From the NCBI GenBank assembly GCA_025782575.1, contig JALGYY010000009.1:99512-163511 (forward strand): a DNA stretch of 64,000 nucleotides, in the 5' to 3' direction. Numbering within the stretch: position 1 is the stretch's first letter; every line of letters begins with the position of its first letter. A program made the translations under genes and the position numbers. Origin of the DNA: a bacterium (GTDB lineage: Bacteria > Orphanbacterota > Orphanbacteria > Orphanbacterales > Orphanbacteraceae). The notes beneath the pieces were generated by a model that worked only from the letters and a program-made list of their open reading frames with translations, was not told the origin of the DNA and did not search any database. Positions 60,660 to 64,000 of the stretch are shown here, piece by piece.

Positions 60660-62195
60660 TCAATAGACGGGCATCTCCTGATCGACATCCTCTGCCCATG
60701 CCAGCAGACCGCCTTCCAGGTTTTTGACCTTCTTGAACCCCTGGTGAGCGAGATACATGGCCACCTGGGCGCTCCGGGCTCCGATTCGACACTGGCAGAC
60801 AATTTCCTTGTTGTGATCGATCTCGGCCAGTCGCGCGGGAATTTCGTTCATCGGAATGAGAACGGCTCCGGGTAACGAGCAGATCTGTACTTCATGGGGC
60901 TCTCGTACATCCAGAATGACAAATGAGTCGTCGCCGGCGTCCATTCGCTCTTTGAGCTGAACCGCTGTAATGTCTCCGGGCATGATGAACTCGCTGGTTT
61001 CATCGGCCTCCACCGATTCCTCCTGCTGTGCGAACCGCTTGCCCAGTTGCTCTTCCACCATCTTGTAGACTTCCCGGTTGGTATCCTCATCGGTTTGCGC
61101 ACCCGGAAGACCGCAGAACTCTTCATAGTCAATGAGTTCCCGTATGCTCGGATTGTCTCCGCAGATCGGGCAGTCCTTGTTGCGCCTCAGTTTGAGCTCT
61201 CGAAACTTCATACTGAGAGCATCGTAGAGCATGAGCCGACCCGAAAGAGTCTCTCCGATCCCCATCAGGATCTTGACAACCTCGGTCGCCTGGATCACTC
61301 CGATCAAGCCGGGCAGGATTCCCAGGACCCCCCCTTCCGCACAGGAAGGGACGAGTCCGGGGGGAGGCGGCTCCGGATAAAGGCACCGGTAGCACGGGCC
61401 GCCTTCATAGTGAAAGACAGAAGCCTGGCCTTCGAATCGAAAGATGCTCCCGTATACGTTCGGCTTGTTCAGCAGAACGCAGGCGTCGTTCACGAGATAG
61501 CGAGTGGGGAAGTTGTCCGTTCCATCGGCGACAACGTCATAGTCCCTGAAGATTTCGAGCGCATTGCCTGAATCGAGCCTGACTTCGTATGTCTTGATTT
61601 CCACATGAGGGTTTAGGTCGTTCAAACGATTTCTTGCCGACTCCAGCTTGGGCCGGTCCACGGTGCTCGTGCCATGCAGAATCTGACGCTGCAGATTCGA
61701 ATAGTCCACCACATCAAAATCGACGAGACCGATGCGCCCCACACCAGCGGCCGCCAGGTAGAGCGCCATCGGCGAGCCGAGTCCTCCCGCCCCGATGAGA
61801 AGCACACTCGCCCCCTTCAGCTTCTTCTGCCCCTCCATGGTCACTTCAGGCATGATGAGATGTCGGCTGTACCGTTGGATCTCCTCGTTGGAGAGCGTGA
61901 TTTCCGCTCCGCTGCCTCCGGCGATCGATGGAATGATGCTGATCTCATCACCATCTTTGACCGGGGTCTCCTCGTTATCGAGGTGCCGGATATCGTCGTC
62001 ATTGACGTAGACGTTCACAAAGTTCCGGAGGGTCCCCTCGCCCGAGTAGAGGTGCCGCTTCAGATCGGGGTGGGCGCTCGTAAGACCGGCGAGCAGTTCC
62101 CCTACCGTTCGGCCGTCGAGCAAGACTCGGGGCTCGCCTCCGGTATAATTCCTGAGCGGTGTGGGAATGTGGATGATTATGGGCACGGGGGTCAC
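60660..62195 (-). CDS. moeZ: Sulfur-carrier (ThiS/MoaD/CysO-like ubiquitin-fold, ending GG) fused to MoeZ-type E1 adenylyltransferase with C-terminal rhodanese domain
   Basis: N-terminal beta-grasp domain of about 95 aa ending ...GDEISIIPSIAGG, then directly LSNEEIQRYSRHLIMPEVTMEGQKKLKGASVLLIGAGGLGSP (ThiF/MoeB Rossmann). CxxC...CPIC zinc motif. C-terminal rhodanese with active Cys (CQCRIGARS). GTG start overlaps the JAMM stop (GTGA). Confidence 0.8.
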   Translation of the reverse strand: MTPVPIIIHIPTPLRNYTGGEPRVLLDGRTVGELLAGLTSAHPDLKRHLYSGEGTLRNFVNVYVNDDDIRHLDNEETPVKDGDEISIIPSIAGGSGAEITLSNEEIQRYSRHLIMPEVTMEGQKKLKGASVLLIGAGGLGSPMALYLAAAGVGRIGLVDFDVVDYSNLQRQILHGTSTVDRPKLESARNRLNDLNPHVEIKTYEVRLDSGNALEIFRDYDVVADGTDNFPTRYLVNDACVLLNKPNVYGSIFRFEGQASVFHYEGGPCYRCLYPEPPPPGLVPSCAEGGVLGILPGLIGVIQATEVVKILMGIGETLSGRLMLYDALSMKFRELKLRRNKDCPICGDNPSIRELIDYEEFCGLPGAQTDEDTNREVYKMVEEQLGKRFAQQEESVEADETSEFIMPGDITAVQLKERMDAGDDSFVILDVREPHEVQICSLPGAVLIPMNEIPARLAEIDHNKEIVCQCRIGARSAQVAMYLAHQGFKKVKNLEGGLLAWAEDVDQEMPVY

Positions 62196-62626
62196 TCCTC
62201 TCTTTCTCGTATCTGAATCAATTCACTGTCGAAGCCGGTTCGATCTTCACGCAGGAGCCAGGAGAGGGGGGTGGCCGGCTCGCCGCTCCGCACCTCAACA
62301 ATAATATAGGAATAAAAAGGCCAGGCATGTTCCCTGTCGAACTCGGACGGCTCTCCCGGGTGGTCGGGATGGGAATGGTATACGCCGACGATCTCCTTTG
62401 ATTCACGACGAGCACGCTTTTCGCTCTCGAGAACGGCCTCGGGGGCGATGAGATACCGGCGCCTCTGAGCCTGCCCTTCGCGCTCGTTCTCGACAGGCCA
62501 GAGATCCGTAATCCACTTGCTCTCTTCGTCGGCTCTCCCCACGAGGAATCCGCAGCATTCATGGGGATAGGTCTTTCGCCCATGCTCCCGAATCGACTCG
62601 AGCTGCTCCCTTGAAAGTCTGATCAT
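62192..62626 (-). CDS. JAMM/MPN+ metalloprotease (Mec+-like)
   Basis: E...HSHPDHPGEPSEFD: the JAMM motif ExnHxHx7Sx2D. 144 aa, tightly packed between cysM and moeZ. Confidence 0.8.
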   Translation of the reverse strand: MIRLSREQLESIREHGRKTYPHECCGFLVGRADEESKWITDLWPVENEREGQAQRRRYLIAPEAVLESEKRARRESKEIVGVYHSHPDHPGEPSEFDREHAWPFYSYIIVEVRSGEPATPLSWLLREDRTGFDSELIQIREREE

Positions 62627-63562
62627 CTAGCTCTCATCCCAGAATGACTCACTCAGGTAACGCTCTCCCCCATCACAAAGTATGGTGACTACCGTCCCCT
62701 CCGTGATTCTTCGTGCCACCTGAATTGCCGCCACGATATTCGCTCCGGATGATACGCCGACAAGGACGCCCGCCTCCCGCGCAAATCGCCTTACCATGGC
62801 CTGGGCCTCTTCCGTTTCGATTTCGATATTTTCGTCGGCAAAAGACGGGTCGTAGATGGGCGGTACTAGAACGGACTCCATATGCTTGAGGCCTTCGAGG
62901 CCATGCCAGGGAGAATCAGGCTGGACGCTGGAGAGGCGGATATCCGGGACGAGCTCTCGAAGCCTCCGGCCTGTTCCCATGAACGTTCCGGTTGTCCCGA
63001 GGCCGGCAACAAAATGAGTGACGGCGCCGTTCGTCTGCTCATGAATCTCGGGAGCGGTCGTCTTGTAATGGGCGCCCCAGTTGTCCGGGTTGCTGTACTG
63101 ATCAGGGTAGAACCATTGTCCCGGTGCTTCCTCATAGAGGGCGCGTGCTTTGTAGATGGCGCCGTCGATCCCCTCGCCCGGATCGGTAAGAATGAGATGG
63201 GCGCCATAAGCGAGCAGTGTTGACCGGCGCTCCCTGTTGGCGTTCGCGGGCAGGCAGAGAGTGACATCATATCCGCGGGATGAGCCGATCATCGCCAGCG
63301 CAATACCCGTGTTTCCGGACGTTGCTTCCAGAATCTTTCCCCCCGGTTTCAAACGCCCCCCGTTCTCCGCTGTCAGGATCATGTTGAGAGCGGCGCGATC
63401 CTTGACGGAACCGCCGGGGTTGGCAAACTCCGCTTTTCCGAACAGACTGACCCCTGGGGGGATTTCGTCGGCCACAGCTTCGAGTGAAAGGAGGGGGGTG
63501 TTTCCGATCAGGTCGATCAGACCCTGATTGTATCTGTCCATCGCCGGCTCAGAAGTTGACAC
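62627..63562 (-). CDS. cysM: Cysteine synthase (CysM/CysK family; probably carrier-thiocarboxylate-dependent CysM type)
   Basis: PLP-fold motifs (GNTPLL...NPGGSVKDRAA...ATSGNTGIALA). Start may instead be the downstream ATG at 63541. Confidence 0.85.
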   Translation of the reverse strand: MSTSEPAMDRYNQGLIDLIGNTPLLSLEAVADEIPPGVSLFGKAEFANPGGSVKDRAALNMILTAENGGRLKPGGKILEATSGNTGIALAMIGSSRGYDVTLCLPANANRERRSTLLAYGAHLILTDPGEGIDGAIYKARALYEEAPGQWFYPDQYSNPDNWGAHYKTTAPEIHEQTNGAVTHFVAGLGTTGTFMGTGRRLRELVPDIRLSSVQPDSPWHGLEGLKHMESVLVPPIYDPSFADENIEIETEEAQAMVRRFAREAGVLVGVSSGANIVAAIQVARRITEGTVVTILCDGGERYLSESFWDES

Positions 63563-63838
63563 GGACTACTCCAATCAAAAACGCAGAAAGCGCTTCCGTC
63601 TCAGATGCATCAACTCAGGGGTGAAGGGAGCGGGCGGCTCAGTTGCGAAATGTTATGTAGAATGTTACATCACCGAGAGCAAGAAAGCAAACTGATCGGT
63701 TTTGCCGGTCTACGCACCAGGAAAGGGGATCATGCCTGACATCACGCTGATCGGGACCAATACATGCGGGACGACGGGAAGGGCGCGGACATGATGGGCA
63801 AGCTCTTCGGCGGAAAGTAGTTCCGCTGTAATCCAACG

Positions 63839-63868
63839 AGGATGAGAGAGTATGGAGTCTCTCATCCT
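63839..63868. other. Stable hairpin (11-bp stem, 8-nt loop) in the terminal non-coding region
   Basis: AGGATGAGAGA / TCTCTCATCCT perfect inverted repeat followed by TTTCGTGTG. No adjacent gene can be assigned within the window. Confidence 0.3.
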
Positions 63869-64000
63869 TTCGTGTGCCCTGTTCGGAACGGCGCATTACG
63901 TACCGAGCGCCCGAGGGGGATGAGCATGAGAAATGAGACGAATACCAGAACGGCCGAGATGCCGAAGGGGGCCGGTGCCCCCGACCAATCATAGAGCCAC

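Noticed and set aside
63639-63992. 117-aa minus-strand ORF at the window end, and a 20-codon plus-strand ORF at 63732
   Set aside because: No RBS and no domain match, in a region with mixed composition. Cannot be supported from sequence alone.

Overview
High-GC (roughly 60-65% by eye) chromosomal window, densely coded on both strands. It comes from a bacterium that appears to use the type IX secretion system: a 2148-aa protein ends in a typical Por/T9SS C-terminal sorting domain, which points to the FCB superphylum or a neighbouring lineage. The core of the window (about 14.4-28.6 kb, minus strand) is a complete Alternative Complex III (actABCDEF) cluster. It is followed directly by a SCO copper chaperone and a caa3-type cytochrome c oxidase (subunits II-I-III-IV plus an extra subunit-III paralogue). 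Heme A synthase and heme O synthase (ctaA/ctaB) lie elsewhere in the window.

Other recognisable content: a sulfatase fragment, an NfeD-stomatin pair, an MFS transporter, a cupredoxin, a UshA-like 5'-nucleotidase, an alkaline-phosphatase-family enzyme, a PMT/TMTC-like GT-C membrane protein, an FHA-GAF-PP2C phosphatase, two histidine kinases (one hybrid), an O-antigen-ligase/TPR protein, a phosphohexomutase, glutamate dehydrogenase, three-gene pntAA/AB/B transhydrogenase, an M20 amidohydrolase and a DUF1028 protein.

Items judged most worth follow-up:
1. A signal-peptide thioredoxin-TPR gene whose catalytic CxxC is encoded as TGA-G-S-C (W-U-G-S-C) in a continuous 398-codon frame behind a strong RBS. 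This is a candidate selenocysteine-containing periplasmic CnoX/YbbN-like chaperedoxin.
2. A cysM-JAMM-moeZ operon in which the ThiS/MoaD-like sulfur carrier (ending ...SIAGG) is translationally fused to the N-terminus of the E1-rhodanese protein. That implies obligatory proteolytic release by the adjacent JAMM protease.
3. Two copies of a long perfect palindromic repeat element (MITE/REP-like).
4. A low-GC HNH-endonuclease islet.
5. A lipoprotein with a recent about 700-bp intragenic tandem duplication and a Planctomycete-type cytochrome-c-like C-terminal domain carrying a CX4CH variant motif.
6. A giant S8-protease/FG-GAP/3xASPIC-UnbV/T9SS fusion protein.

No CRISPR arrays, rRNA or tRNA genes were recognised.
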